A stretch of DNA of 63,985 nt, filler included, from Perkinsus olseni (taxonomy: Eukaryota), in the NCBI GenBank assembly GCA_013115125.1. It is 3 parts of 3 records of this genome, joined end to end, with 100 filler letters (N's around TTAATTAATTAA, not from the genome) between each part and the next. Parts side by side here need not be neighbours in the genome. Positions count along the whole stretch, not along the records: positions 46,609 to 63,985 come from JABANN010000649.1; 2 more parts are not named here. One strand, given 5' to 3'. This document shows positions 49,951-63,831 of the stretch, one piece after another. The notes under the pieces are model-generated. The model ran no database searches. It was not told the origin of the DNA and was given only the letters and a program-made list of their open reading frames with translations. The translations under genes were made by a program, and so were the position numbers. Numbering within the stretch: position 1 is the stretch's first letter; the number at the start of each line of letters is the position of its first letter.

Positions 49951-51055
49951 ACCCAGGAGGCCAAGCCACTATGGAGCTGAACCTGGACAGCAAGCACACG
50001 ATCCTTCCATTCGACACGGGGACGCTGACAGGCTCCTGCCGGTAAAGGGACGAGTTTTATTCGGATAACGCTAAAGCGTGCATCGGTGAGAGCTGACTGT
50101 TCATAGCAATCGAGGAAGACCAGAGCTCGGAAGGGAATCGGGAACCAGCCTCGCTGGTGTCACACCAGTGGTGTGTCATCCTTCACGGTTCACTTCCGCG
50201 GAAGTGAACCGTTGCCAATGTGCCGCAGCGGGAAGATTAGCTGGACGAGGCTCAAGGCTTAGGCTATTCAAGTATTGAGACAAGATTGCTGTTCGTGGAC
50301 AATGGCTTTACCAATGCCAAAGGAATTTCACCCGTAAGATGCCAATTGCCGTTTTCACGAAGCGACAATCTCTAAAATCGCTACAGAGGTTACTCGGGGT
50401 GGAACACCTTCTTCGTTCTGCGCGTTTTTCACCTCTTGTGAATTTCATAACGTAAAATACGTTTTTTCATCGCGGGTGAAACTCTAATACTGGAAGTACT
50501 AAAACTAGTGGAAACTACACCTATACCGAGCTGTGATCAGATCAGCGAGAGCGTGTGAGGCTACAAATACAGCACAAACCCGTTCGTGGGTCTACTTCCG
50601 CCTGACTGCCGCACAGGACATCATCGACAGGATGATTCACAGAAGGAGTTGAGATCGACACGTCCAGGTACATCCGTACGACCTAGCAGCAACAGCTGTA
50701 GCCACCGCGGAAGCACAGCAGTTGAAGTGGAGTACCCTGGGAGTTTGCAGTGCAGCCTGGCGGGCTACGACGAGGAGAGTGGCTAAGATTAGACGACTAA
50801 GGCGGCGCCCGACGCGTGCCTGCTGGGCCATCGGACATCGTGGTATCTTAGGTCGCTGCTGGGCAGAGATAAAGTGTGCATGCGTGCAGGAGTATCCGAG
50901 CCTGGCCCAAACCGATAGACCTTAGCGCGACTTTGTCGATGAACACGGGTGAAAATTCATACCACTCCTTTCGCAAATCCTCCCATTTTCCAACTCGCAC
51001 ACAACGAGCTTCCATCAGCAACATCAGAATCATGGTACATTCAGCGAGGAACTCC

Positions 51056-51790
51056 TCAGCCCTCATGCAGTGGCAGCAGCAACTTCACACGACAGAGCGG
51101 ACACTGAGCAGCAGTTTTCTTCTTCAGCGCCCAACTGATATGAGCCAACAAACAGGAGTAATGAAATCTATGACGACACAACGTGAGTTCGACCACAAGA
51201 ACTTGAGGCGAGGCCTCGCTGCCGAGACAGATCGCGCAGCAGGAACCCGACGAAAAGCCTCCTTCGCAGGCCTCAGTGTTATGATAGCAAACCGCAGGAG
51301 CATCCTCAGGCTCAGCGACATTATCACTCTCCTGTAGAAAACGACGGCCCACCATTGACGGCAGCAAGACAGGCCCCTCGTTCATAGAAGTTATCTCTCT
51401 GTGACCAGCGAGGGCGTCCTCGAGAAGGGCCCCTGTGAGAGCCACTACCACACCAATCGGAATGCTGATGAAAATGAGAAAGGCGACTCCCGCGATGATC
51501 ATGACGGCTGCTAGACACCGCAGGTTGGCCTTCGTCTGGAGGGAGACGTGAACGGGTTGGCGCGTGGAGTATCCAAATTTCCGAATAGCGTAATCGATGA
51601 GCAAGGCAGCGAGGATGGTCGGGCCGATGTAAGGCAGGCCTCCGAGGAAAAGCAGCAGCACGACGAGGTAGGCCGAGACGTAGGTTACTCTCGAGAAGCG
51701 TCGTGCAAGGGTAGTGGTCAGGCGACGAGACCTGACGATCGGCCAGGCCGGACGAGGGGCGCGGGGACGGGGCTGGGAGGTCGAGAACAA
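51056..51790 (-). CDS. Transmembrane RING-H2 E3 ubiquitin ligase-like protein
   Basis: Several hydrophobic helices, then CAICLG...CRHRFHYSCL...CPLCR. Confidence 0.75.
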   Translation of the reverse strand: MFSTSQPRPRAPRPAWPIVRSRRLTTTLARRFSRVTYVSAYLVVLLLFLGGLPYIGPTILAALLIDYAIRKFGYSTRQPVHVSLQTKANLRCLAAVMIIAGVAFLIFISIPIGVVVALTGALLEDALAGHREITSMNEGPVLLPSMVGRRFLQESDNVAEPEDAPAVCYHNTEACEGGFSSGSCCAICLGSEASPQVLVVELTLCRHRFHYSCLLAHISWALKKKTAAQCPLCRVKLLLPLHEG

Positions 51791-52224
51791 CAGATCAAAT
51801 ACAAAACTTAAGTACAGCTAGAGGTGACAGTATCATCGAGCATTCCCCACTAGCTTCCCCGTGGAAGGCGATCTACGACAACCCAACAACAAATCAATAA
51901 AAAACCATTTCTGACTGATGATGCACCGTTCCCTTCATGTCATCGGCACGACAGTCCTCCCCGCGAACATTGGAGGTTCACCGGCAAATGGTGTAGAGCA
52001 GTTCTACGCGAGGCGTTCCACGCGAAAGACGCGATGTGTTGTGTACTGATATCACTTCGCTTGATAACGCTAGTCTAAACGCAGTAAACGCAGCACTCAA
52101 CGCACTTACACGGGCCCACCTCTGTTTCAGAGTAACTCATCAACCACAACCGTCACTGCGCCACGAAATTACCCCAGTATTAACAGGAAGCAACAGATCT
52201 CAGTTCTGGTAGAAACGTTTTCGT

Positions 52225-55200
52225 CTATCGAAGCTTCTTCAATCTGTCCTCAAGCGTGTCGATCTCGTCCACCGTGAGCTCGTCAACCTTCGTTCCCGGG
52301 AAGTAGTTCTCGATATCAGCAACCAACTCCAGCTCAGCCTCGGACACGAGATTCACCGCGATGCCTTTACGACCAAACCTACCCGTTCCTGAAAGAAAAA
52401 AATCGCAAAATTCAGGTAAATTTTCAGAAATTTTCGGAGCAACTTCAACCGAGAAAACCCCGACTTACTTCCGATTCGATGTAGATAGGTTTCATAATTG
52501 CACTTCCCGTTATTCGGCCCCGGCGCGTGGTCAATAGGAAGCTCAAAGTTGACCACCAACGTGACAGCAGGCACGTCGATACCTCGTGCTAGGACATCAG
52601 TCGCTATGAGAACCTGAGAAAACACTGCGACCAGTGCCATGACCGCGCGCCACGAAATTACCTTAGTAACTTTATTGCGAAACTCGTCCATGATTTTGTC
52701 GCGATATTCCGGACTGATCTGCTCGGCCCCCGTCATTTGAGTGCCGCAAATGAGGGAGACCGAATGACCCTCATCACGTAGCATCTTCGCTAGGCTAAAA
52801 TCGATCGAATTCTCCCATGCCTTTGAGAAGGTCGGTCTTACTTGAAGGCCGTCACTCGTGAGTTAACGAAGATGATCGACTGTGAGACGTTCATGGCCGC
52901 ATAAAGATCAGAGAGAATCTGAACGACAAAGTAGAAATACTTTCGCTGCCCGTCCAGGGCGAGGTCGGACGATTCACATTTTTCTCGTCAACACGGAACG
53001 ACTAAAATCTGATCTCACCGCAACGACATCAGAATCTCACGGCGAGTGACTCCCACGAACCGAAAAAAGATACAAAAAAGAGAGGAGAAAACCGTTTAAT
53101 TATTAAACGAACGACTAAACTTGAAGGTAATGAAGTTTTAGTCCTCACTTTTCTATAGAAACAAGCGCGGCATAATTTCGTGGCGCAGTGACGGAAAGAG
53201 TCGCTTGCTCACCTGAACCTTATTTTGGAAGTTCTTTCCAGTGTTGATGAAGGTTTGCCAAATAGTACTAAGAGTAAGATCTTGCTTACTGACCTGCATC
53301 AACCAAAGATACGCAAAATCGATCGCGCGATCGATTTCTCACCTGTATTTTGCTAGCATGGGGCACCAAATTGAGGGCGAATCGACGAACATTCTCCGGG
53401 TATGTCGCACTGAATAGATGAAAAAGTCACGCGCCACGAAATCATGAACAAGTGATCAACAAATATAAACACTGCAATCACACTGCAATCGATCACGTGA
53501 TCGATTACGCGCTAAACCTCACCTGAAGAGTAGGATTTGAAGATCGTTTTTCGGCAGGACTGATCTGATATTATTAACAGCGGCTCCCATATTGTTGTGC
53601 ACCTAAGAAGATACTCGAATAAAACAGTCCGTAAAGTGGGTTAAAAACTCCGCAATTACCCAACGATTATTCCCCTTCACTACCTGAATCATCGTATCAG
53701 CCTCATCCAATACAAACATGCTGACGTTACGAGTGTCGATCACTCGTTTCGTGATCAGATCCAAAACCTTCCCTGGGGTTCCCGACAAAATCTAAGAGAA
53801 TCCAAAATTTCCGTTTCAACCTAGGATCAACCTCGGATTCCATCAATCCACACTAGGCCCTTCAGACCGCGCCGACCAACAACCGCTACCTGTTGAGTGA
53901 CCCGACCTTCCCTAGGGTTTCTAGGCAATCCCGGGGCGTTGGGAACTACGAGCTGCGCGGAAAAGCCTGCACAGAAAAAAGAGCAACATTCCCGTTTTAT
54001 CAAAAAAGAATGCAGCTCCGCACGCATGCACAAGAAGCCAGTACCGAAAGATATGCTAAGCAAACGCATCTTTTGGTAGAAAAAAAGATTCCCCTTTTTC
54101 TATCGCACCATACACATTGCATTCACGATTCTCGGCATGTGAATGGGATCCCGGATGGTACCAACTCTATAGAGGCCCGCCTCATCTCAATCATCTCTAT
54201 TATCAAGAAAAGATACCACCCATGATACGTAATATCAATTAACCAGCATCGCTTCAATTCAAAAAATTCAAATCGACCAACCGTTTCATTATATTTATCT
54301 TTTTGTTCACTACCAGTGTATTTTCCCAATGCTTCAACCACATCCAAGTTCTGTATAGCTAGCTCTCTAGTCGGGGATAGAATCAAGGCTTGGAAACACT
54401 TAGACCTAACTTAAAATGACAGGCGAAGTCACGCGCCACGAAATTCCCCACCTGATGTCGATTCGACTGAGTATTCCCAGAGCAAAAGTAGCTGTCTTGC
54501 CACTGCCATTCTGAGCCTGGCCGATGATGTTACGACCGTCTTGAATTAAGGGAAGGACCAACTCCTGATAATAATAATAATAATGGACGCATGAGATTCA
54601 ACAAGCGGCAAAGTCGAGTCGCGAAAATTTATGTTAATATCGATTACAAGAATCTGAAAATTCAAATGGTTCCCTATCTTTTCCGCGTCGTCCAATCAAG
54701 TACACGACAAAAAAACTGCAATTTCCTCTAAAAATTTTCTTCCCTTGAATTTTACCAACCCCACCTGTATTTTGCTGGGTTTCACAAACCCCTTCTCCAG
54801 GATTCCTCTCCGGAGCTCATCGGTCATATCAAGATCTTCCCAGCGATGCGCGCTGGCCAGAGCACGAGTAGTCGCGGTTGAGCCTTGATTCCGAGGGGAG
54901 GCTTCGGGATTGCTGTACTCAGTAACGGTCACCTGGACAAAATTGTTGAAAAAAATCCGAAAATTGGGAAATTTTTCCTGCAGATTCAAGCTTAGATGAG
55001 AAAATATCGTCTACCGAGCGAGTAATACGAAAGTAGAGAAAGAAGCGGTACCCACAAGAGAAATACGACCTTCAAAAATGCAGAGAAGCTTCGTGTGTGA
55101 AACAGATTCGGGAGTGCACGCGAGATACAAGCGTGAGGGTCGTGGGCGACGGACGAGTTGTCCGGGACAACTTAGGGCATCAGCCTAGCGCGGTCAACAA

Positions 55201-55767
55201 ATTGACGAATTGGATACTTATAATTATTGCTACTACCACTGAAAACCAGCGTGATTCGAGCGCGACTCTCGGGCTCTCAGCGATTCCCTTCCACCACTAC
55301 AATGACGCACAGTAGACTTTTCTCGGCAATTTCTGAGAATATCGTTCTCGAGCTGCCCTGATTTCTCCAACCCGAGCGTCTGCATGCTTTGCGTTACACA
55401 GTGCTGATGTGAGCTTAAAAACGACCGCAGGCAACCGAGAATACATGAAAGCGGGTTCAAGATATACATCAGGTCTATGATAATTAATGATAAAATACGG
55501 AAAAAATCAATACCACTCCATCGATTTTTTCTACTGAATTGGACCTTACCCCTCACTACCTTTGCCGTATCCTCACCCACCAGACCTGACACGGGTGGGG
55601 ACCTCACCGCGTCGTTGCTCGGTCCATTCTCCGACTTCACCGTCGTCGCTTCTGAAAAGGCAAAAATAGTAATTCGAAAATCTATTATTTTTACGTTTTC
55701 CGTCCGCCATGAACTTGAGAACTTCCGCGGTCAAGTCAGAATCGGAGGCGGGATCTTTCGAGCTCAT
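52225..55767 (-). CDS. DBP5: DEAD-box RNA helicase DBP5/DDX19, multi-exon
   Basis: [84 protein letters not shown]. Confidence 0.93.
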
Positions 55768-56491
55768 CAAAGGCAATGGCTGAGATATGGAAAAGATACT
55801 ACGGTTAAGCTCATCATGGGTTCATTCAGAGAGACGTTTGCTGATATTTTTGAGGCGCGCGCGGAACTTTCGACTCGGAGAGAAATAGACAAATTGTTGG
55901 AAGAGCACCTTCAAAATTTTGGTTTGTAAACATGTCTGCTGCATTATTTTAACAAAATTACCAAGGCCTTCCTCATTTATCATTCATTTTTGCATTGTAT
56001 TGCCATCACCTATTGGTGAACCTTCCTAGTGGCGTTCTAGGTACTGGTTTTGATGAGTAAAAAGCCGACAAAAACCGTGAGGCAAAGGAAACAGTAGAGC
56101 GACTCTTCCGTTCACCAATCAACTTCCGAAGTCAGGGGCCGGGGAAAGAGGAACTCCGCCGGCAACGTTATTATCACGACGGAGGGTATCTTTTACTACG
56201 TTGAACACCACCCTAAGCTTCAACAACCAAAGCGAATGCTCGCTTAGTGTAATAGTTATCAATTTGCTTCCACCAACGGTCGTAATTTTTGACTCGTGTA
56301 GTTCCCAAGATCCAATAGGCACGTACAATTTCCCAGGAAACGTCTTCGGGGATATGGTTGCCCTGGGGAACAGTTCGGGTTATCGGGTGAATTCTTTTGA
56401 TAAAAAAATAACGAACGGATTTTTCGCTGAGAATTGACATCCTTCCTTCAGGGGTTGTTTTTGCTGCTTTTTCTTTTTACCCCAATTCACG

Positions 56492-59400
56492 ATGTCCGGC
56501 GCCTCAGCTGTCTTCATTCTCGATTTGAAAGGGAAAGTCATCATTTGGAGGAACTATCGAGGGGAGGTAATGAGTCATTCTACCGGGAAAACCGGAAATT
56601 TCTTCGATCAAAACTGCACGTTCGGTGAAGATCATGATTTCTACGGGGACCAGTCGGATTTTGTGGAATCTCTCAGGGCGTTTAAAGTGCCGGAATTCCC
56701 GCGCGCTTCATCCTGAGCAGCCATTGCATGCGGTTTTACGATGATATTCGCTTTTGATGATGCTTAGAATTGCAAGTTTTTTTCTCCGCAAATAAATACC
56801 GTCATCGTTGCTTTCCTCGGTGGTGATATCCGATGGTAAATTTAATAAAGAATTGAATGACTTCATCCCAACTTTGTACTCTCATGGGGCAGCCCGTATC
56901 CGAGGTTGATGATGGTAGTTCGCGGAAGCCGTATGCCGACGCTTGAAGTTCACAAAGATCTTCCTGTTCTCGTTCCGCTGGTTGCACATTTTTTTGCGGA
57001 AGATCATTCACCATGGTACATAGCTCTGCATACGGTTTGCGACTGTTGAATAATTTCGTCTCGTAAAAGGAAATTATCATTTCAAAGTTCACATCAGTAC
57101 GGCGAAGGGTTGATATTCACGCGGTGTTTAGCAAAGCCTGAGTCGAGATTTTCGGCGTTCTTTTCTTTTCGAAAAATTGTAATATTCGGATGGGACAAAG
57201 CTCGGAAACCGTTATTGTACTTTCGTGGGAAACTTTTTATACTTGGGAAAATTGCACTCGTTTGCAACAGCTTTTATCGCATTTTTTCACAAGATAGTTT
57301 GGAAAATTTGGTAGAAAATTGAAATTGATTAGTAGACAATTTTGGCTTGATGTATTGATATCCCCACGGGGAGCCTCAAACGCCACAGCGGAAAAAACTT
57401 TCCGATTTGACTTCTCCTGCTCGAGTTTCGGAATTTCCCGACACAGGTACCACCAACTGTTACAGATCACTTTGTTGAAAATGTGGTGGACGCCGATGAT
57501 GTGAATATTAAGGTAGAAAATAATACCTCCGCTCTGGATTGAACCTGTGTCTCTCCTCGTGGATGGTAACCTGGTAGTAGAAGTTCGAAAATTTTGCAGA
57601 AAATGTCACAAAAGAGTGACAAAAGATTAGTGTATGATTCGTCACTATCAGTAGTACTACTACTAAATCACTAGCGTTTCGATGGGGCAGGCTTCGGCTG
57701 GTTTCATGACCCAGTTTTCGCGACACTTCAGGATGCCGTTCTCGTTGCTCCGCGTACGTCCGAATTACCCACGGTAGTAGGATCTGTTTCGGTCGTCATC
57801 TTCAATTCTCGCGCGCCGTGAAATTGCTAATTTTGTTTCAGCCAGTATTCGTAGAAGATGGTATTGTGTACTGTTGGATACAGTACAATAACATATTCCT
57901 TCTGGCGGTTACACAAAGAAATGGCAACGCTATGATGATCTTATCGTATCTTTATAAGCTTGCTGATGTAATGTGGGAAGGGGAGGTATCAGCGACGATT
58001 CCAAGCGTCTCACGACGATCGGTTGGTAATTTGCGCCTTACGCGTGTCTTATATCGCCGTGAAGTGCATGAATCAACCTATGATACTATTTGAGCTGCCA
58101 GGAGCCGAACAGCGAATAGGGTATCTCCGTATTATGCGTTGCTGGGCACCTTTTCGTCTGCCATAGCCCGGTCCAAGATTCTTTCTGCACGATCGGCCCA
58201 GTCGAAAAATAGGCGGAGCGGAGCTCGCATTCTGGGTGGATTTCCATCAGGTTTTGAAGGATTACTTCAAGACAGTTGATGAGGATCATATCAAAGACAA
58301 CTTCGTACTCACCTACGAGCTATTGGATGAAATGATGGACAATGGATATCCGCAGGTATCTTTACACCCGTGGAATGCACAAGTCAAGCTCCGCGACGAT
58401 TCTTCATTTACACTTTTTTTCGTTCTGGATTTAGCTTTAACTCGGTCCAGTGAACAGCTTCCCATAACTTTAGATATTTTCTCGTATTCACATGAATCAT
58501 GAACGAATTTCCTTGTACTCCCGGGTTTGCCTAATTCTTCCCGCTTTTCCCTTCCTCACACCATTTTTCTTTTTCCAGACCACTGAAACTAAGATTCTGC
58601 GGGAATATATCAAAACGGAATATAAGAAAGTTAAAGTCGACAAGATGAAAGCCCCTCCGTCAGCAGCAACGAGCGCAGTCAGTTGGAGGCCTGAGGGAAT
58701 CAAGGTTAGCGCGCGCGAGTGATCGACTTTGACTGCCGACTTTCTCAGCATAAGAAAAATGAAATCTTCCTCGACGTCATTGAGAAACTGAATTTATTAG
58801 TAGCGGCGAATGGACAGGTTTTAAGGTAGGCCGGGAGATGGCAGAAATATCGGGAAATTTGCAACGCTTCGCCGATTTTCAGGTCTGAAATTCTCGGGTC
58901 TTTGAAGATGAAGTCGTTCCTTTCGGGAATGCCCGAATGCAAGCTAGGACTAAACGATAAGTTGCTTGCGGCCGGCGGGTAGTATTTCGCGCGCCACGAA
59001 ATTATCACTAGCTTGTGGTTTTTGCTTTTCAGAGCGGGAGGTTCGAGTCGAGGAGGGAAAGGTGTGGAAATGGAAGATATAAAATTTCATCAATGTGTCC
59101 GACTTAGGTGATGTAGCAAATGGTGAATCGCTTCGCTCCGCTGAAAATTTCCTTTGCCTTCTCCTCAGCCGTTTTGAGCAGGATAGGACAATATCATTCA
59201 TACCGCCCGATGGCGAGTTCGAGCTCATGAGGTGCGTTTGTTGATGAAAATTACCATCGATCAATCGGGCGAGCGATTCTTAGTTATCGATTGAACACCC
59301 CTGTGAAGCCTCTGATCACTGTCGAAGCGGTGGTGGACCCAAGTCAGTCAGGAAGGCGACTTGAAGTGATGATTAAGGCCAAGAGCCAATTCAAAAGCAG

Positions 59401-61146
59401 GTAGGCATCATTGCGTGCGCATGAATTTCTTTCACGCGCCTCGTAATTGGCTTCAGGTCCATTGCCAACTCTGTCGAGATCCATGTCCCTGTCCCTGGTG
59501 ATGTGGACACACCACAATGCAAGGCTAGCACAGGTTAGAAGATACTTCAGCGGAGCGAAGCGATTTTTGTATCGCATTCTCAGGCTCAGTGAAATACCAT
59601 CCTGAGAAGGATTGTGTGATCTGGTCGATCAAGCAATTCCCTGGGCAAAAGGATTACATCATGACTTCGAATTTTGGACTGCCGAGCGTTTCAATGGAGG
59701 CAGCTAGGTGGGTGAGCGAACTCTCGCCCGCGGTTATCGGAAATTAAAATTTGGCCATCAAATTATTTTCGACTCCGAATGAATTGCCTTGGCATCTATC
59801 AGCTCACTTGGGTGGTAAATGTCGTAGTGTTCCCGTTACGCTATCGGACAGTTCAATAAGTGGGCCGAAGGTTGTGGCGGAAAGTGACATGTTACCGTAC
59901 CTGGCTCCGCGAAAAAAGTGTGATGCGGCAAAAAAATCAAGACGAAGTAGAATTATAACTGGCTTACGCCGTTCTGTCGCGCCCGTGGTGGTGTACGTGA
60001 CGACAGACCGTTGCAACTGGGAACTCGCCAACCAGAGTGACAAGATGTCAACGGTTACTGCAAGCACGATATGTTCGCTTCAAACTTTGGCTACTTAGAT
60101 AACAGTCTGGCTTACCCACTTCACGGGGGGGGACTGTCACCTGTGTGCGTGACGGCAGGAAAACAACATTGAATTGAGACCCAGGCTAAGAGGAAATGAT
60201 TTGATGGCACAGTGCATTGTCAACTGCTTGCCTCTCGTAGTACTGGTACATTTCTTTCGCGGAGCGAACTGTATGTCTGATGTTTGAAGACGCCCGAATT
60301 AAACTGAGCTTGGATATCCGCGGTCCTGGGTGCTCCGGCTCGAGGACTTTACAGTATGGTTCCAACCGTCACCCGATATCCCTTGCCGAAGGGCCCTCGG
60401 AGGTTTTCTAGGTGGGGAATCCCGTGTATCACACAGTTTCTGAAAGTCGAATGTTGAATCATGCGACTTACATGCGAACGTTGGCGAGAACTGAAAATTG
60501 GAGTGAGTTCCCTTCATTCAGAGAATTTCTTTCAGACGAGTGTTTTGATATTTCTACCGCGCAAAAAGACGACGATAACATTAGCAGATCGAAATCCTCA
60601 CTACTGTCTCGTGCTTGTGCTTTGGATATTCTCTTGTCTGCCTTGTTGCAGGGATCTCTATGCTAAGAAGCCGATCTCGGTGAAGTTCGAGATACCGTAT
60701 TTCACGGTCAGTGGCCTTACAGTGAGGTATCTGAAAATTGTGGAGAAGTCGGGGTAAGCTGGCGGGGCCAGTCACCTGAATGCCATCATATAGAAGTTTG
60801 TAGTGTCTCGAACTGAGAATGAGTGCCGACTACTGTCTCTGTTATCACAACTCACATCTGTGATGCCGTATGCAGAGAGAACAGATGATCATCCGGATCG
60901 TCAGAAGTAGTCATCATTGTCGAACTTCGACAGTCGAAGTCCCCTGCCATCTTAGATAGCTGCTAGTTTTAGTTGAACTCGGCCAGAAGTTCTGGCGCCA
61001 ACAGGGTTCTGGCCCAGAACTCTGTTGGCGTCTCCTCTATTATCCTATTGGCCCTCGCCGTGACCTCTCTCTCTTCTAGGTATCAAGCGCTGCCGTGGGT
61101 GCGATATATAACACAGAGTGGCGACTATCAGCTCAGGATGACCTAA
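56492..61146 (+). CDS. AP1M1: AP-1 adaptor complex mu subunit, multi-exon
   Basis: [129 protein letters not shown]. Confidence 0.97.
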
Positions 61147-61560
61147 TCGATGATGGTGATGGTGGTGTAATTTTGTTACATTCGCGGTAGTGTGTTTTCA
61201 TTCAATAGCCTTTTGCGTTTGCCAGTATGAGTCATACCGAAACGTGAGAAGAGTCACTTTGGGCCAACAACTGTCAGCAGACTCGCATCACCGGCGTGAA
61301 AGTGTCGATTGAGTTGGAAGCGGACTCCTATTCACCGCACAGATCGATGAACGCGCAATCGAATTACTTCTTTTCTCAGTGTCATATCGCAGACCAGTAC
61401 CGTGAGGACGATAGACTTCCAATGAGGAGTTCTTGCCTTATCGTTGAACTCTGGAGGTCGGTAGCCTGCACCACATCATTCGGTCTCGCTGCACAACAGC
61501 GAACTGCTAATCACTCACGGCTCTCGCTGTCCTGTCTGCTATCGATAGTTGTCTTGCCTC

Positions 61561-62097
61561 ATGAGCGCACTGTTCCTAAGTGCAACACTACTCCTGTACA
61601 GTCACGTAGTGATAGGGCAGACCAACACTACCAGCAATGTTGATGTCTATCATGATGCTGATGGTGCGATGACCAGGCTCCCTCCCCTGCTCACTCTCGA
61701 TGTCTCAGGGCATCTCGTTGATGCCAACGGTTTTTACGAGGCAGTGCCCCTCACTGACTACATACCAGTCGAACGCTCGATCGACGCTGAGTTCCCTCTG
61801 TGTGACCTCCCTGTCGGGTCTGGGATGTGGGTGGTCATTCAAATCGAGAAAATCATTATTGTCTTCGCCTTCGAGGTTCACCGGAGTCTGCGTACCACCA
61901 TCTTACTACAAGCAACGGATATCTTTTTGCACGGACTACGTCTTCTATCAAGCATGCATACCTCCTCAACAGGTGAGGCACTTCTGAAGATCTTCCGGGC
62001 AAGTCCACGTATGAGATACAGCTGGTCAAAGCTGTCCAGAGCTGATCTTATTCTTTCAAAGCGTGAATATCGGAGCGAGATCGGACAGTCCGATTAG
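61561..62097 (+). CDS. Hypothetical secreted protein, likely spliced
   Basis: Signal-peptide-like MSALFLSATLLLYSHVVIG followed by an open frame. Confidence 0.35.
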   Translation: MSALFLSATLLLYSHVVIGQTNTTSNVDVYHDADGAMTRLPPLLTLDVSGHLVDANGFYEAVPLTDYIPVERSIDAEFPLCDLPVGSGMWVVIQIEKIIIVFAFEVHRSLRTTILLQATDIFLHGLRLLSSMHTSSTGEALLKIFRASPRMRYSWSKLSRADLILSKREYRSEIGQSD

Positions 62098-63749
62098 GAC
62101 TCGTTAGACCAGAGACTGCAGAGGTTTCGTATGGTGTATGGCAGAACAGCTCTTGCTGAATGTAGGAAGCTCGTCCGGACCTTTGTTTGAATGTACCCCT
62201 GAGGAAAGCTTCTTGGCGCCGTCTCATTTAAATGCATATCAACGCTACAGAGGGTCCCCGACTGAGCACATCGGCAAAAAATCAAACAAAGCCGGAACCG
62301 CAAGCGTTGGACTATAGACTATCGCTGTGATAGTATCACAGACAGTTCTGACTTCCCATCGATGTATTCAAATTAGATGCAACATTGATAGTTCTTTCTG
62401 ATGTTGTCCCTCAGCCACTCTGGCCAAAGTGGGACGTCACCGCTAAGGACGCAGCCCTCCGCTCAGCCTTTAAGAGAGAGATCGATGAGAGAGTCGCACG
62501 GGAGATATCAGGATCTGGCGGTGATCTCGTTGAAGTGATGCATCAGCTGGAGCCCATCCACTGATCACCCATTCAGGACAGGTCCGCTTTAGCCAGAACA
62601 TTAGGTGTGTCGAGGCTTTTCGGGCGGCGGTGTGTCGACTCAACTTCCCCAAGTAAGAAGTCCGTGCTCTATGAAATGGCGTGACTTGATATTGTGAACT
62701 GCTCGGATGAATCTTATGAGCTCTTGGAGCTGCCTTCCCCGAGCCATCTGATGGGCCTGCGGTTGATCGGTGTTGATGATCATCAGTCTACGCGTGTGAA
62801 GGTGCAATGCTTCTGCATCGGCAGTAAAGGAGGAATCTTACGCTCTTTGCACGACCGACTGCCTGGAGTACTTCAAGGCTTGCAGGTTTGATGCTGAAAC
62901 CGCAAAAGAATTGTGCTCTACGGGATGGCCACTACAAGTGAGGTCTGCCGTAATTGCTTTACAGTTCCTCAACTCCCGCTGAGCATTTTCTGCACTGACA
63001 TTTTACTCCGAGTGTTCGCCGTGAAAATAAAGTTACTCTTCCGTGCCAGCTCGATCTCAGATCGCTTGATAGCGATTAGACAGGACCACTTTCTCGATCG
63101 AACCTGGTTGACCATGGGCTCGAGGGTTGGTAAAGGTGTGTGGGGGTGCTGCTTTATCCTCTCGTTACCACTTCAGAGCGGACCACCGCCCGAGACTAGG
63201 TGCACAGGAGTGGCTACCTCTCAGCAAAGCATCAAGATGATACTGTTCATTCTACTGGGCTCGTTGCATGTATGATGGTGATGCTCGATATCAGTTGTGT
63301 TTTGCAGGTCGGCGAGTCATGGGAAGACGAATGGAACGGGCTCTTCCGGGAAGAGTCAATTTGTCTTCCCTATCTTTATAGGGTCTCTAAGTGTATCTTT
63401 ATAGGGAAGGGCCTTACCTATGAAGATATACTCATGATAACCAAACCCTAGCACCTCCGAGATGCGAGGTGCCACCTCGTATCACCAACGAGCTGCTGCC
63501 AGGTTTAAATCCCAGCACACGAAGGATCGCTCGAATGGTGTGACGGCCACCGTCACCGCACAACATGTCAATTTGGCACTTCCTAGCGTTCTTTGAGACT
63601 GTTGAGTCTATCAGCAATGGAACTTTGAAGCTTCCGTTCATGATCAATCCCACTGTGGTATTCCCACTGGTAGTTTCAATTGTCAGATTTTGACCAAGTT
63701 GGGGATCTTGGCGAAATTTGGTAGCCAGTCCCATGATCATGGTATTATG

Positions 63750-63831
63750 GACACTTTGGCCGAGTGGTTAAGGCGGCGGCCTGCTAAGCCGTTCGGCTCT
63801 GCCCGCGAGGGTTCGAATCTCTCAGGTGTCG
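63750..63831 (+). tRNA. tRNA-Ser(GCT)
   Basis: GACACTT/AGGTGTC acceptor stem, TGGCCGAGTGGTTAAGGC D-arm, GCGGC CT GCT AA GCCGT anticodon arm, long variable arm, GGTTCGAATC T-loop; 82 nt. Confidence 0.95.
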
